From Salpingoeca rosetta (Eukaryota; Protista; Choanoflagellata), in the NCBI GenBank assembly GCA_033442325.1, contig JAWQFM010000035.1, positions 404,597-468,596 on the forward strand: a stretch of DNA of 64,000 nucleotides. Reading direction: 5' to 3'. Positions 1 through 13,568 of this stretch are shown here, piece after piece (positions within the stretch are counted from its first letter, which is position 1; each line of letters starts with the position of its first letter). Under the pieces are notes generated by a model. The model worked only from the letters and a program-made list of their open reading frames with translations. It was not told the origin of the DNA and searched no databases. The translations under genes and the position numbers were made by a program.

Positions 1-1130
1 ATCGCTGTCCAAGTCCAGACAGTCGAGCAGCTGTTCCGCATGCTCGCGAGATACCGCGAGAAGGCGGGCAGCCTGAGAGACCCCTTGCTGCACAATCTCG
101 TACAGCACGTCCCCTGCGTTGTTCGGCGGCGACTGTACACCCTGTGCGCGAAGGAAGGCCTGTACCTGGTTCGGTGACATGCACAGGAGTTTGTCAACGG
201 TGTGTTGCTGTTTCTGCTTTGGTGTGCAGCGATTTCGCCTGCGCCGTGGGCCGCCCCTCAATCCTCTTCTGCTGCGCTTCAACAAAGCGCGCATCTGTGA
301 GATGGCACTCCTGCTGCGGCGCTTGTGGTGGGTGGGACTATGTACGTGTGCGCAGGATGCTGTGATCGTGTATACCCCAATATTCCCGTGTGTCTTTGTT
401 GGGCGAGCTGGGAATCAACGGCATGAAGGCGTCGGGGGGGGGGGTGCGTGTGTGCTTGTTGTTGTTGCTTGTTGACTTTGGCTGTTGATGCTCCGTGCTG
501 TGTTTTGCTCGTTGGCTGGGGGGGGGCGCTTTGTGTGTTGCTGTGTTGTTGTGGTGGAAAAATGAACACTCAGGATGTGCATTTTGTCTTGGCTGTGGTG
601 AGGCCAGGCTTGCTGTTGGGCGGACACGGTACAGTGTTTGATTGTGCTGTGACGAAGCGGTGACGGCTGCAATTCTCTCATCATGTGATTCTGCACGGCC
701 ATACTTGCTTTGCGCTGAAGAAAGTGATGGGGAACGGTCAATACAGAAGCAATGCAGCCCGGGCGTGTGTAACGGTGAGTTCGAATGGGGTAGGGTCTCA
801 CACAACTGCGGCTGTTGCTCGAGCTGGGGCAGGCTTGATGGGAAACAGTTGCATTTGTGATGTGCGACGACAAGCAGGACTGGGCACCTCTTGCCCAAGT
901 CTCTCAGCCTGGTTGATTCAACACAACTACCACGTGACATACATGCATGCACATGCACATGCACACACATGTACACAGAACCGATCTTGCATCCATTCAG
1001 GCTACCTGAACGAGACGGCGTATTGGATGACGTAGGTGCTGAGTCACAGATTGGCATAACGCAGGGTTCATCGCAGCTGTCGCAAGTAAGGCGACGAAGC
1101 AAACCAAACACACACACACACACGCATGAG
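1..1130 (-). CDS. Possible 5' part of an unknown multi-exon gene running off the left edge
   Basis: A minus-strand frame is open from about 405 to position 1 (…SAISQMRALLKRSRRG…DKLLCMSPNQVQAFLRAQGVQSPPNNAGDVLYEIVQQGVSQAARLLAVSREHAEQLLDCLDLDSD). Microsatellite polarity (plus-strand TG at 445-550, CA at 940-975 and 1106-1124) fits a minus-strand spliced gene. No domain recognised and the start is uncertain. Confidence 0.35.
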
Positions 1131-2052
1131 AAGCGCGCGTGTCTTGTTGATGTGGATGGTTGATTGATGGCAACGACTTTGTTGATTGATCGAAGGCCCT
1201 TCAGGCAAGCACGCATTCATCCCCAGCCAGCCAACCCTCCAACCACTCAAGGCATAGAGCCAAAGTTGGACGCTCTTCGTCGTCGTCATCATCATCATCG
1301 TGTTGAAGCAACCACAAACACAAACATAGCAGCAGCAACAGAGTGATGACTCCTGTTTGCGACTGCAACTCTCCCGTTGTGCAACTGCTTTTGAGTTTTC
1401 GCGGCGTGGTGTCCTCACTGGAGTCGACACCATAAGAAATTTGTTCCTTGGTGGATAGCATGATGCGGATGTGATGGATTCGTTGTGTGTTGTGCTGCTG
1501 ATTATGAACCTAATGCGCACCACTCTGTCGCATGGAAAAATAAACAAACCCCAGCCAGCCAGCCAGCCAGCCAGCAAAAGCGCACACACACGCTTGCACA
1601 CGCAACAGCCCTTGCCTAGCCATTCCAGCAAGCGCCACCAACAACAGCACGCCGCTTTCTCTTTGTGTGTGTGCCAGCCACGCCGCCTCCTCGCTGCACC
1701 GCTCTCCTTCTTCTCTGCCCTTCTTGCTTGTCAACTGCGGTTGCCGTTTCCACCCCTTGTGTGCTCGGTGACCCATCGCCTGCGTGTGCACACGTCGTGT
1801 GTGTGCGAGTGAACGTGTGTGTGGACGAACGCAACCCCTCCCCCTCCATCTTTCACCCAAGCACAGACAGCCAAGGCACCCAAGGAAAGGATCCGTCAAG
1901 TCACATCACGCGAACCAACCAACCAAAGGAACCCACAACAAATCAACGTCCTTTTCCCACCTCTCTTTGTCTCTCTCTCTGTCTCTGCCTCTGTCTCTGC
2001 CTCTCTCTCTCTCTCTGTCTCTCAACCCATCTCGGGATCCGTCGCTCGCGCC

Positions 2053-2652
2053 ATGCCCACGGACGAGCGTGGCCGCGGCCCTGCAAGTGCAGCGGGCATG
2101 GGCGATCCGTCCACGGTTCGTGCCTACGCCAAGCTGCAGGGTGAGGACTTTACCTACTACATCCAGACCTTGAGTGTGACGCTGGGCCGCTACACGCCCA
2201 CGAATCGCGTGGACATCAACCTCGGCACCTCGAGCGCCATCTCGCGCCTCCACGCCAAGATCGAGTACAACTTCAACCTGCAGCAGTTTGTGCTGTTCCC
2301 CTTGGGCAAGAACGGCGTCTACATCAACGGCGACCTCTACAAGCGTGACACCGCTTTCGCCCTCCAATCAAGGTCCGTCTGTCTGTGTGCGTGTGCGTGT
2401 GTGTGGTGTGTGCGTGAGTGTGTGTGTGTGTGTGTGTGCGTGCGTGCGTGCGTGTGTGTGTGTGTGCGTGTGTGTCTGTGTGCGTGTGTGTGTGTCTGTG
2501 TGTGTCTGTGTGTGTGTGTGTGTGTCTGTGTGTGTGTGTCTGTGTCTGTGCATGCCTGTCTATGTGCGGACCAGATGGCGCGTGTCTGCCTGTCCGGTCC
2601 ATCTGTTTTTCTTCTCTCCCTCAATCTGCAAATCCCCGTGTCGTCTCATCTT

Positions 2653-2694
<42 letters not shown>

Positions 2695-3394
2695 CATGCA
2701 CACACTCACACACACACACACGCGCGCGCGCACACACACACGCAAATGCACACCAATCTGGATCTGCACCACACCACAACAGAACCGCCATTCAGATTGG
2801 CGATGTGTGCTTTTACTTCTTGCTCCCTGTGGGGCCCGACTCGCAGACAATGCCACCAGCACCGCAGGCGCCGCAGCTGCACCTCGAGCAGCCCCCATCC
2901 CCAGGCATTGCCGCAAACACCATGACGTGAGCCCACTCTCATGTCTGTGAACGTGGCATTGATGTTGCGTCATGATGAGTGCTTCAACCTCTTCAACTCT
3001 CTCTGTTGCGCCACGCAAATCCTCAACAACTCACCCCTCCTCCTCCCCTTTCAACCACATCCGTGCTTCAGGCAACCGTGTTCCTACCTGGCGACACGCG
3101 ACAACTCGCAATGTACAAGTCCAACACCACAACAGCAGCAGAACGCCCGCTCCCGTAACTTCTTCACGCAGGCCTTGGTGCGTCGATGTGTCGATGCGTC
3201 TGTGTGTGTGTGTCTGATTGGTTGCAGTTGTCGTTGCCAGCGATGCATGTCCACTTGTTAACTGTGCTACCTGTCACAACAACCATTTGTGTCGTCGACC
3301 CCTCGACACCAACACGCCAGCCAACGACCACCCTGCTGCAACAACTAACCACCCATCGCAACAAACGCACACAACAAACGCACACACAACACAC

Positions 3395-3436
<42 letters not shown>

Positions 3437-4946
3437 CACACACACACACATGCACACACACACCCCTGCAGTCTGACCGCCTTGGCAAGTTGAAGGAGCG
3501 AGCACGGCGGTCGCGACGCGGCGGGCACACGGGTCGGGTCGGCTCCACGGGCTCAACAGGCGCTGGCGGTGCGCGCCGCCGCAGTCTTGGGCGCCTTGGG
3601 CGTCGCAAGAGCGCAAGCACGGAGGACGTGTTCTCCGCAGCGTCAGCAGCGACCGGCAGTGGACAGGGCGTCCAGTTTTCCGCCTTGCCCCGCGTGGAAG
3701 GAGGTGGTGATGCCGACGACGACGCACACGCACACGCGCGCGCGCACGCCAGCGGGCCTGGTGATGCCACTGCATCCATGCTGGTGCGGCAAGGCGCAGC
3801 AATGGGCGTGGGCGTGGTGATGGACGACGACGCACATGATTTGCCTGCAGGCAGCCAGCGCGCTCCACTCCCAGGCGCAAACCAAAGCAACGACAGCAAC
3901 AGCAGCAGCGGCAGTGGGGCCGATGGCGGTGACGGCCGCATGCTGGGAACAGGCGTTGTGCCCAACGAGGAGGTGATGGGTGCTGCTACCACAATGGCCA
4001 GTCTTGCCGCCGCCGCCACGCACGCGCACGGGGCTGCGATGATGGACGTTGGTGACGAGGACGGCAACTCGGGTGCGGGCACGGCATTGAAACACCAACG
4101 ACAGGGCGGCGCATCGACAGGTGCTCGGGCCGCCAATGCGGGTGCAACTGCAACAGCCGGTAAACGACAGCGGCGGCAGTCACGCCACAAGCAGCAGCAG
4201 CAACAGCAAATGCAGCAGATGCAGCAGATGCAGTACTCTTATCAGCAGCAGCAGGTGTACACGCAAGCGCAGGCGCAGCAACACCATGCTGCTGCTCTGC
4301 AACTGCATGCATACGCACAACAACAGCATCAACAGCAACAGCAGCAGCAACAGCAACTGGAGTTTGAACAACGGCAGAAGCAGAAGCAGGAGCAGCAGCA
4401 GCGAGCGAAGGATCCCTGGTGCACCGATCCAACCATCAAGCCGCCATACTCCTACGCCGTCATGATTGCACAGGTGTGTGTGTGTGTGTGTGTTTGTGTT
4501 TGTGTGTGTGTGTGTGTGTGCTTGTACATGTTTATGCACTGGCTTTGAGCCAGCTGTGCTTCTATGAAACATCCCGTTCACGTTCACAATCACATTCACA
4601 CACACACACGCACGCACAAACCCCTGTGCGCTTTGCTCAGGCCATTCATAAGCACCCGGAGCGGCGGCAGACGCTGGCTGGCATTTACAAGTACATCATG
4701 GACTCATATCCCTACTTTGCAACACAGGACCCAACGGGCTGGCAGAATTCCATTCGCCACAACCTGTCGCTCAACAAAAACTTTGTGCGCGTGACACGTG
4801 GCCCAAACGAGCCTGGCAAGGGCGCGTTTTGGATCATCGAGCCTACCATGTATGATGACATTGTCAAGGACCTCTTCAAACGCAAGTCCAGAGGCCCCAA
4901 GAGCAAATCCCGCCCAAAGAAGGCATCAAAGTGCGTCACGCTGAGC

Positions 4947-4998
<52 letters not shown>

Positions 4999-6851
4999 TG
5001 TGTACGTCTAAGTTCTGGGCGAATGGATACGCGATGCCACGTGCCATGTTTTGTTGTGGATGACCTCAGTTAACCACGCTCACGCTCACGCTCACCACCA
5101 CCGCCACAGCGACACCTCATCACCACCACCACTCACTCACTCACACTCTCTCACTCACTCAAAATCACACTCTCTCATTCTCTCTCACTCTCATTCTCTT
5201 TCCCTTCCTCAACTTGCATCATGACCCCTGCAGGAAGAAAGCGCCGCGCAAGTTGTCGCGATCGGAAGCACAAAGCGCTCGTGACAGTGCGGGCCCCAGC
5301 CCCTCAAAGACGGTGGCACAGAGCCTTGCACACATGCGCGTAGGCCAAAATAGCAGCGGCAGCGGCGGTGTTGGTGGCAATGGTGGTGGTGGTGGTGGTG
5401 GTGGCAACACATTTGCCACACACTCGACGAATAGCAGTCATGCCACTGCAAGTCAGAGTACCAGTGGTGGTCGTGCCGCCAATGGATTGCCTTCAAGCAC
5501 AATGGGAAGCGGTGGTGGGACGACGACGACGACGATGATGATGCCGGCAACAGCGACGACGGCGGCGAGCGTGGCCACGTCGCAAATGATGAGTGGCGTT
5601 GGCTTCAACGGATATGCCATCAACCCGACTGGCCTCGCCACACACACGACGCTGCCTTCGTCCTCATCTGCAGGGCACACGTCGACAACAGCGACATCAG
5701 CACACTCCCTGCCCATGATGAGTGGCCTCTCGTATCGCATCACTGGTGCGCAGGATATCATCACCACCGCTGCCCCGCCCTCCACCGCCACCTCCACCGC
5801 CACCACATCTGCCAACAGCTTTGCTGTGGGTGCTGCACAGATGCAGCTGCACACGGCGCAGCACCCTGGATTGCCGCACTTTGGCATGGTGGCTGCAACA
5901 GCATCGTCGCCTGCGTCCGCAATGGCAACACCATCAACCAACACGTCGGCACCGACGCCAACGTCAAGCAGCTACCACCACCACCAGCAACATCAGCGTG
6001 CATCCACGCCTGGCAGCGGCAGCAGCGCCGCGCGCGGGTGGGATGCGCAGATGCTGCTCATGCCGCAGGGCCCTGCGTCCACCATCACGACACCTCCACC
6101 AGGCATGATGACCGATGCGGGTCTTCTACACGGCACGACGAGCGGGCCCAACACGGCGCTGGGCACGGGCAGCAACACCCCAGCAGGACAACAGACGCCA
6201 ACACACCTCGGCGGCGTTGTTGGCGGTGGCAGTAGTGGGATGCTTGGACTGCCGCGAATGGGCACGTTTTCGACGCCGTCACCGCTGCCAACGGGCTCGA
6301 TGGAGGGCGTGACGTTTGCACGCGCACAGACGCCTTCAGCAGCGCTGTCGACAGGTCCACCAGCACCACAACAACACCACCACCACCAACAACACTACCA
6401 ACATCAACATCAGCAGCACCATCAACAGCAGCAGCACCATCAACAGCAGCAGCGACAAGCAAGTGCAACCAACGGTGGTGGCGGTCGCGGTGGTGGGCAA
6501 GTTCTGCCACCCCAATCGTCGCACTTTCCATCCATCAACACATCGCACCAGCAGCAACCACAGCATCAACCACAGCAGCAGCGGCAACCGTTGATCGGGT
6601 CCGTGCAGGGTGTGGTTGGTAATGGTACCAGCAGCAGCCGCAGCAGCCGCAGCGGTGGTGGTGGTGGTGGCGACACGCAGAAGCAACCTGCAGATGACAA
6701 TGTCAGTGAGCAGCAGCCCCTCATCACGCTGTCGACGGCCAGCACCACCACTGCCGCACCAGCAGCGAGTACTGCACCCACGTCGCTTGCCTACACAGTC
6801 ACGTCCGCATACAGCGCGACTACACACGACGATAGTGGCCAGACACAATAA
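2053..6851 (+). CDS. FHA + forkhead transcription factor (FOXK1/2 / fungal Fkh1/2-like), about 6 exons
   Basis: FHA domain AYAKLQGEDFTYYIQTLSVTLGR…AISRLHAKIEYN…LGKNGVYING…|TAIQIGDVCFYFLLP. Forkhead KPPYSYAVMIAQ|AIHKHPERRQTLAGIYKYIMDSYPYF…GWQNSIRHNLSLNKNFVRVTR…GKGAFW (about 4438-4850). GT-AG introns; long Q/S/T/G-rich C-terminus; TAA at 6849-6851. Confidence 0.92.
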
Positions 6852-7645
6852 CGCAGAGGGTGTGTCTGTGTCTGATCGTCCATGTACCTGTCCGTATGTA
6901 TGTGTGTGTATGTGTCTGTGTATGTCTATGTGTCTGCGAGGTTTTGTAAACCACACCCTCATTCACACACGCACACGCACACACTCTCTCCCTCGTGCTT
7001 GTGTACATGCTGTTGATGCGAGTGTGTCAGATCTAGTTGTGTATGTTCTTGGTGAAGCACGCGTGCCGGTGCTTTGTCCGCGTTGCTGCTGTTGACCACG
7101 TGGTGGCCGTTCGTTTCTATTTGTCGCCCGCCTCCTTGGTGTGCTTTCGCTTGCACTGTGTATTTGCACTGTGAACGTGCTGTCGTGACTGTAACTGCTC
7201 TTGATAGTGGTTCGCGCCCTCCCCCGCCCCTTTTCTCTCATCATCTTCTTATCTCTTGGTCCTTCTTCCTTCTTGCATCGTGTGCCTGTTTGGTTTGGTG
7301 CAGGGGCTTTGACCGTGCCCCCAATCAATCAATACGCATATACGCTCCTACCTACTCTTGCTCTCTTTCGACTTGCTTTGTGTTGGCTAGATGTTAGCTG
7401 GTGTGTCTCTGCTGTTGCTACAACTTACGCTTCCCCCCCCCCCTCTCTCTCTAAGCTTGAACCCATGTGTGCTGTCCACCTTATCTGGCAGCAGTGATAG
7501 TGGTCTTGTTGGTGTTGTCGTTGTTTGACTTTGTTTGACGTTCTTGTTGCTCTCTGTCTTGAGGAGGGCATGGCCATGCCCCCTTGCTTGCTCCATTACA
7601 CGATCCAAAGTGATTCTGCTGTTCCAGGGCAGGATTGCTGCTGGT

Positions 7646-7718
<73 letters not shown>

Positions 7719-7769
7719 ACAAAGCACGTGTTTGGAAGGACTGCTTGCCTGCTTGTTTGCTTGCTTGAC

Positions 7770-8270
7770 ATGGATGTTGATGAGTTGAGGGGCAGCGTGG
7801 AGGTTGATGGTGGCCAACGTGTGAGCAATGTGGAGCTGCGTGCAGGCGTGGAGAAGTGGGCTGCTACTCTGCAAGAGGTGCTGCGACAACAAGGCCTCGC
7901 TGCTGCCCCGTGCGACGCCCGCGTCCGTGTTGCCGTTGTTGGATCCGTGGACATGAGCGTGATCTTGGCCATCTTGGCGGTGTGGAAGGCTGGCCACTCT
8001 GCGGTTCCCATCGCCGCCTCGACACCTTGGCCGCGTGCCGCGTGCTGCTTGGAGCTGTGCTCCATCGTCCTTGTTGCCGGCAGTGCCGGGGCTCGCTGTG
8101 GGTGGCTCGCCCACATGGACCTGCTGCTGGACGCACTGCCTCAGCAGCTGGGCGCCAGCGCACGCCTCTACTGCAGCAACACAACCGCCTCACCACCGCC
8201 GCCCATCCCTGATGAGCTCCACGTGTACCACACGTCCGGAACCACTGGCAGGTGTGTGTGTGTGTGTGTG

Positions 8271-8301
<31 letters not shown>

Positions 8302-10156
8302 GTGTGTCTGTGTGTGTGTCTGTGTGTGTGTCTGTAGTTGTGTCGAACACTTCCACCCCACCCGCTGTATCCACTCTTCTTCCACTCATGCACTCACACA
8401 CGCACGCCATTCATTGTAACCCTCCTCGCTTTCTCTCTTCGTCCAGGCCAAAGCCTGTTGTGTGCACAGTGGGCGCTATGATGCACTATGTAAACGCACA
8501 CGCGAGTGCGCACGGGTACGACAGCAGTGCCCGCGTCCTCGTGGCTTCTGCTCTCTCCTTTGACCCATTTGTTGGCGAGGTATGCCAGTGTTGCGCATTA
8601 GTGACCTGCTGTGTGTCACTTGGTGGAGTGCGCACACATGCCACACATGCATACAATGTGGCTGTGCACACACACACACACACACACTCAATCACTCACT
8701 CACTCACTCACTCACTCACTCACTCACTCACGCTCACGCAACGGCAGGTCATTACCACGCTGGTGACTGGAGGCACGCTTGTTGTTGTGCCGCGCGATGT
8801 GTTGCTGCAAGACATGCAGGGCGCCATCGCCCGCCACCGCATAACCCACGTCATGACCACACCTTCCATCTGGTCCTTTGTCCAGCCGCCACCAACACCT
8901 CAACACCCAACACGCCAGCCAACACAGCCAACATCACCAACACCAGGACACGCACCACCCACAGCGTCCTGCCCACCGTCATTCCCCCTGCACCTGCGTG
9001 CTGTGATGCTCGGCGGTGAACCCCTATCGCCAGCCATCATCAGCACGTGGTGTGACCAGGTTGCCCTGTACAACGTGTACGGCACCACGGAAGGCACCGT
9101 GTACCAGTTCTCGCACCGCTGCACGCGTACACAGCAGGAAGCAGCTTGCATTGGTCGCCCATTGGACGGCGTGGATGCCTTTCTCCTTCCCACTCAGGCG
9201 GAGGAGTACGACGAGGATGAGCAGGCAGAGGATAGCGACAGCAGTCACGGTGTGTGTGTGTGCATGTGTGTCTGTGCCTGTGTCTGTGTCTGTGTCTGTG
9301 TCTGTGTGTACCCATGTCTGTGTGTACGCCTGTCTGTCTGCCTGTCTGCTTGTCCATCTCCTGCCTGTCTATCGTGCATCTTTACTCTCTCGTGCATTTC
9401 TGCGGCACTGTCCCTTTGTCAGCTTCACCCCCCTCCCTCCCTACTCCCCTAACCGTCCTCGCTTAACCTGCCCTTGCCTCCCCTCTCTCTCTCTCCGTTG
9501 CTCTCTACACCACCAACCATATCGGCTTCTGTAGGCTGCCTGCGTTGGTCACCATACGACCCCTCGGTCACACAGGGCGTGCTGGCTGTGGGCGGCCTGC
9601 AACTTGGCGCCTACCTGTCTCCCACACATCCTACATCATGCACTGACTCTACCCATGACATGATCAGCCCTACTGCTGCTGCTGATCGCACAACAGTTGA
9701 CAGCCATCCTGAGCACGCATTGCGCGGTGGCGTTGCCGCACCTGCCACCTGTACACATGTGAACAGCAGCGACGACAGCGCATCTTCAGCCAAGCACATG
9801 CCTGAACAGGCAATACAGCTTCAACCTGCGTCGTTGCCAACACCACTTCCGCGTCTCCCTGCTCGCGTGCCATCAACGTGCTCTGGCTTCTTCGATCTGC
9901 ATGGCCGCCGCGTGTATGTGACTGGCGATATTGTCCGGCGATCCAAAACGCCAGGGCCAAGCCGTTTTGTCTACGTTGGCCGCAATGACGACCAGGTGCT
10001 GTGTCGGTGTGTGCGTGCGTGCGTGTTTGTATTGTGTGTGTGTGTGTGTGCGTGCGTGCGTGTGTGTGTCTGTTTGTGTGTGTATGTGTGTGCGTGTGCG
10101 TGTGGTTGTGTGTGTATGTGTGTGTGTGTGTGTCTGTTGTGTGTGTGTGTGTGTGT

Positions 10157-10190
<34 letters not shown>

Positions 10191-11489
10191 CTGGCTGTCT
10201 GTCTGTCCGTCCCTCTGGCTGTCTGTCTGTCTGCACTTTGTGCTTTCTGCTGCGATGATAACACTTGATGCACCGCTGTGCCTCACACCTGTGCACCGCA
10301 ACACAGGTTAAAGTGAGTGGGCAACGGGTATCGCTTGTTGACATTGATATGACCATCCGGGCATGTCCTCTCGTCGAATCGTGCAAATGCATCTTTGCCA
10401 ATCGGATGGTGAGACAAACAGCAGCCTGCACACGTATCCTTGGACCTGTGTCTGTGTGTTTGTGTCTGACTGGGTGTCTTTCTTTCTTGCTGTCTCTCCG
10501 TCTGTGATCTCCTTGTGCTCCCGCGTTCTTACATTCATCCACACACGCACACGCACCTTCTCACACGAACACGCACTCACATATACACGCACACGCACAC
10601 TCACATCACCATATGCTTCAGCTTCAGCTGCATGTATGCATCAGGCAAAGTTGCGACGATCCCATCGCCGATGCCAGCAGCAAGGGTGCCGTGTCTTGCT
10701 GGACCAAGGCGACATGGCACGCGCTCGCCGCTCTGCGGCTGTGGATTTCCGCCCACTTGCCTGCACACATGGTGCCTGCAAGCATCCACGCGTGGCCATC
10801 GGCGCTCCCGCGAACACCCAACGACAAGATCGACACCCGTGCACTGCAGCGTCACCACGAGGCGTGCGTCTGGTCGGCGGGGGCAACGCATCTGCACAAG
10901 GAACATATCACGAGGGGCAAGCAACGACACTTGACGGACTTGGAGATGGTTGTGCTCAACACGTGGATGCATGCGCTTCACATTGTACCACTGGCAGCAC
11001 CATCCAGCGCCACCTGCTCATCGTCATCCTCACCATCATCTTCACCACCACCTCTCCCATCATCATCATCATCACCACCACCATCATTGGCGGGTGTGGA
11101 TGAGGTGCTTGCTGCGTCCTTCTTTGAACACGGCGGTGACTCGCTTGCTGCCATGCGCTTCGTGAACAAACTGCGCGCTGAACTCGTGGACAGCGTCGAC
11201 TTTGGGGATGATGACGTCAGGAGAGGAAACGTTCGTGGCTGGCTCAGTCCAGCCCACGTGCTCCAACATCCGGACGTTTTGTCCTATTCGTCCTTTCTTC
11301 TGCGTCGTGGGGTCACATCGGCGCCGCAAGCAGCAGTGAACGCTGCACGTCAACGCCTAGGCCGTCACGTGTGGACCCGCGTTGACACGCATCGTGATGG
11401 TGAAGACAGCACTGGTGATGGTGATGCTGACGGTAACGGTGCTGATGATGATGATGATGATGATGATGATGGTGATGATAATGATGATA

Positions 11490-11581
<92 letters not shown>

Positions 11582-11582
11582 A

Positions 11583-11622
<40 letters not shown>

Positions 11623-12568
11623 CGATGATAATGATGATGGTGATGATGAAGTGGGGTGCCATGGTGATGAGGTGTGGCAGGATTTGCTTCGTGGTCTCCA
11701 GCGACTGTCCCTGCAAGCACCAACAGCACCAACAACACCAACAACAACAACAGCAACAACAACAGCAACGGCAACAGCAACAGCAACAGCGCGTGATGGT
11801 GCTGGTCCGCCTGACACCGAAAGCATGCGCAGTGGCAGCGGAGAGAAGGATGGTGCTACCCCACACCAAGACACGCATCATCATGAACAACAACAGCAGG
11901 TATCACGGCACCATGACCGCACACACGGTCATCGTGACCTTCAGCGTCTTCTGCGTGCGTGTGTGAGTGCTGGTGATGCTGCCGCTCTTGCTGCGTTGAT
12001 GGCCCCGTACGTGGTGGAGCGATATGGGGTGGATGTCCACGATGGTGTGAATGGACGACGGCGAGGTGTTTCTCCCCTGCACAGGGCATGTCAACTCGGC
12101 AGCCCGCACGTGGTCCAGGTGCGTTGTTTTGTGTGTGTCTGTGTGTGTGTCTGTGTGTGTATGTGTCTGTCTGTGTCTGTCTGTGTGCCTGTGTGTGTGT
12201 GTCTGTCTGTCTGTCCGTTAAAGATTTGCAATGCGTCCACATGCCTCTCCCTGCATTCGTGTGCTTCACTTCCACGCGTTCACATACCGCTATCACTCAT
12301 GTCCTAAATTATGCCATCGCTACAGGTGTTGCTTGACGCGGGCGCACGCGTGACCTCGGCCACCCCCGATCGTGTCCTTCCCGCTCACTTTGCGTGCGCA
12401 GCAATACGAGATGAGCACGCACAATGCCTCCAATTGCTCCTGGTACAGCAAACTGCCGCATGTGAATCCGTGTGTCCGTGTGTATTTGCGTGTGTGTATG
12501 TGTGTGTGTATGTGGTGTGTGTGTATGTGTATGTGTGTGTGTGTGTGTCCTGTCATCATCATGACATC

Positions 12569-12623
<55 letters not shown>

Positions 12624-13568
12624 CGTGCGTGTGTGTGTGCGTGCGTGCGTGTGTGAGGTCCAATGCAGGCGGCCTTCCGCCCAACTATTGGTGCCCATAT
12701 GTCCTTGCCTTCATTCTGTCGCACATGTTCCAACATGCATCGCCATCATTGTTTGCTCATGTTCTCAGCGAGTATCAAACCCCGGAAGGAACAACAGTTT
12801 TGCACAGCGCCTGCACACTCTTTCCCGCCGACGAGCTTGCTCACGCCAAGGTGTCTTCTCCCCCTCCTCCTGTCACCGACCTGTGTACCCTCTTGCCTAC
12901 ATTACTGCATGTCGCACGACGTTTTATGCTTCGTTCTCAATAATATTTCGTTGCTTCGCGTCGCATACGCGCATGCACGGAGAACAGACGCTGGAGGACG
13001 CACGTGCAGTGTTCAAGAGCAACGGCTGCATTGCAAACGCCATCATGACTCAACACCCTGCACTCGTCTATAAGCGGGACGCAAGGCATCGAACGCCGTT
13101 CTTCTACGCCTGCAAGTACCTCAACATACATGCTGCCGAAGCCATGTCACAAATGGGTGAGTTGTGTGTATGTCTGTGTGTGTGTGTGCGTGTGCTTGCG
13201 CGTGGGTGGGAAGTGTATTGTGTGTGTGTGTGTGTTTGTTACGTGTGCACACTTTATATGTATCTCCGTCTCTTTGCGCGACATGCCGATACCTGACCTC
13301 TGCTTCACCTGCCTGCTTCGTGCCTTTGCTGGGTGTACACTGCACGCGCTTTGTTCTTCGCCCTACCACCTTTTCTACACTCACCTTCCTCGGCTTTGCT
13401 TTGCTGTGTGATGAAGCGACCCCGCCCTGCCTTGACGTCGACGACATGGAGGCCTTGAAGGAGGTGTGGTCGACAGACGCAAGCGGCCTGTTTCAAGCCC
13501 TTGCCCCAACTCTTGCTTATGTCTTGCAAGCGCATGTGCTAGACCTTGCACGCGTCAACCCCTTGTGA
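7770..13568 (+). CDS. Single-module NRPS-like enzyme: adenylation domain, phosphopantetheine carrier (T), poly-Asp, ankyrin repeats (AASDH/ACSF4-like A-T core)
   Basis: A-domain motifs YHTSGTTGR|PK (8226-8251), SFDPF, LGGE, NVYGTTE, YVTGD, VGRNDDQ|VKVSGQRVSL, LPAHMVP and LPRTPNDKIDTRAL (Lys at 10826). Carrier motif FFEHGGDSLAAM (Ser at 11141). Ankyrin repeats SPLHRACQLGSPHVVQ|VLLDAGA, VLPAHFAC, GTTVLHSAC, RTPFFYAC. The 3' end is uncertain. Confidence 0.85.
11444..11647 (+). repeat. (GAT)n trinucleotide tract encoding about 68 codons of near-pure poly-Asp inside the NRPS-like gene
   Basis: Directly visible and in frame with the carrier and ankyrin regions in ORF 10613..12307. Confidence 0.9.

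Noticed and set aside
1037-1047. ARE/NF-E2-like TGCTGAGTCAC
   Set aside because: It probably lies within an exon of the left-edge minus-strand gene, so I did not count it as regulatory.
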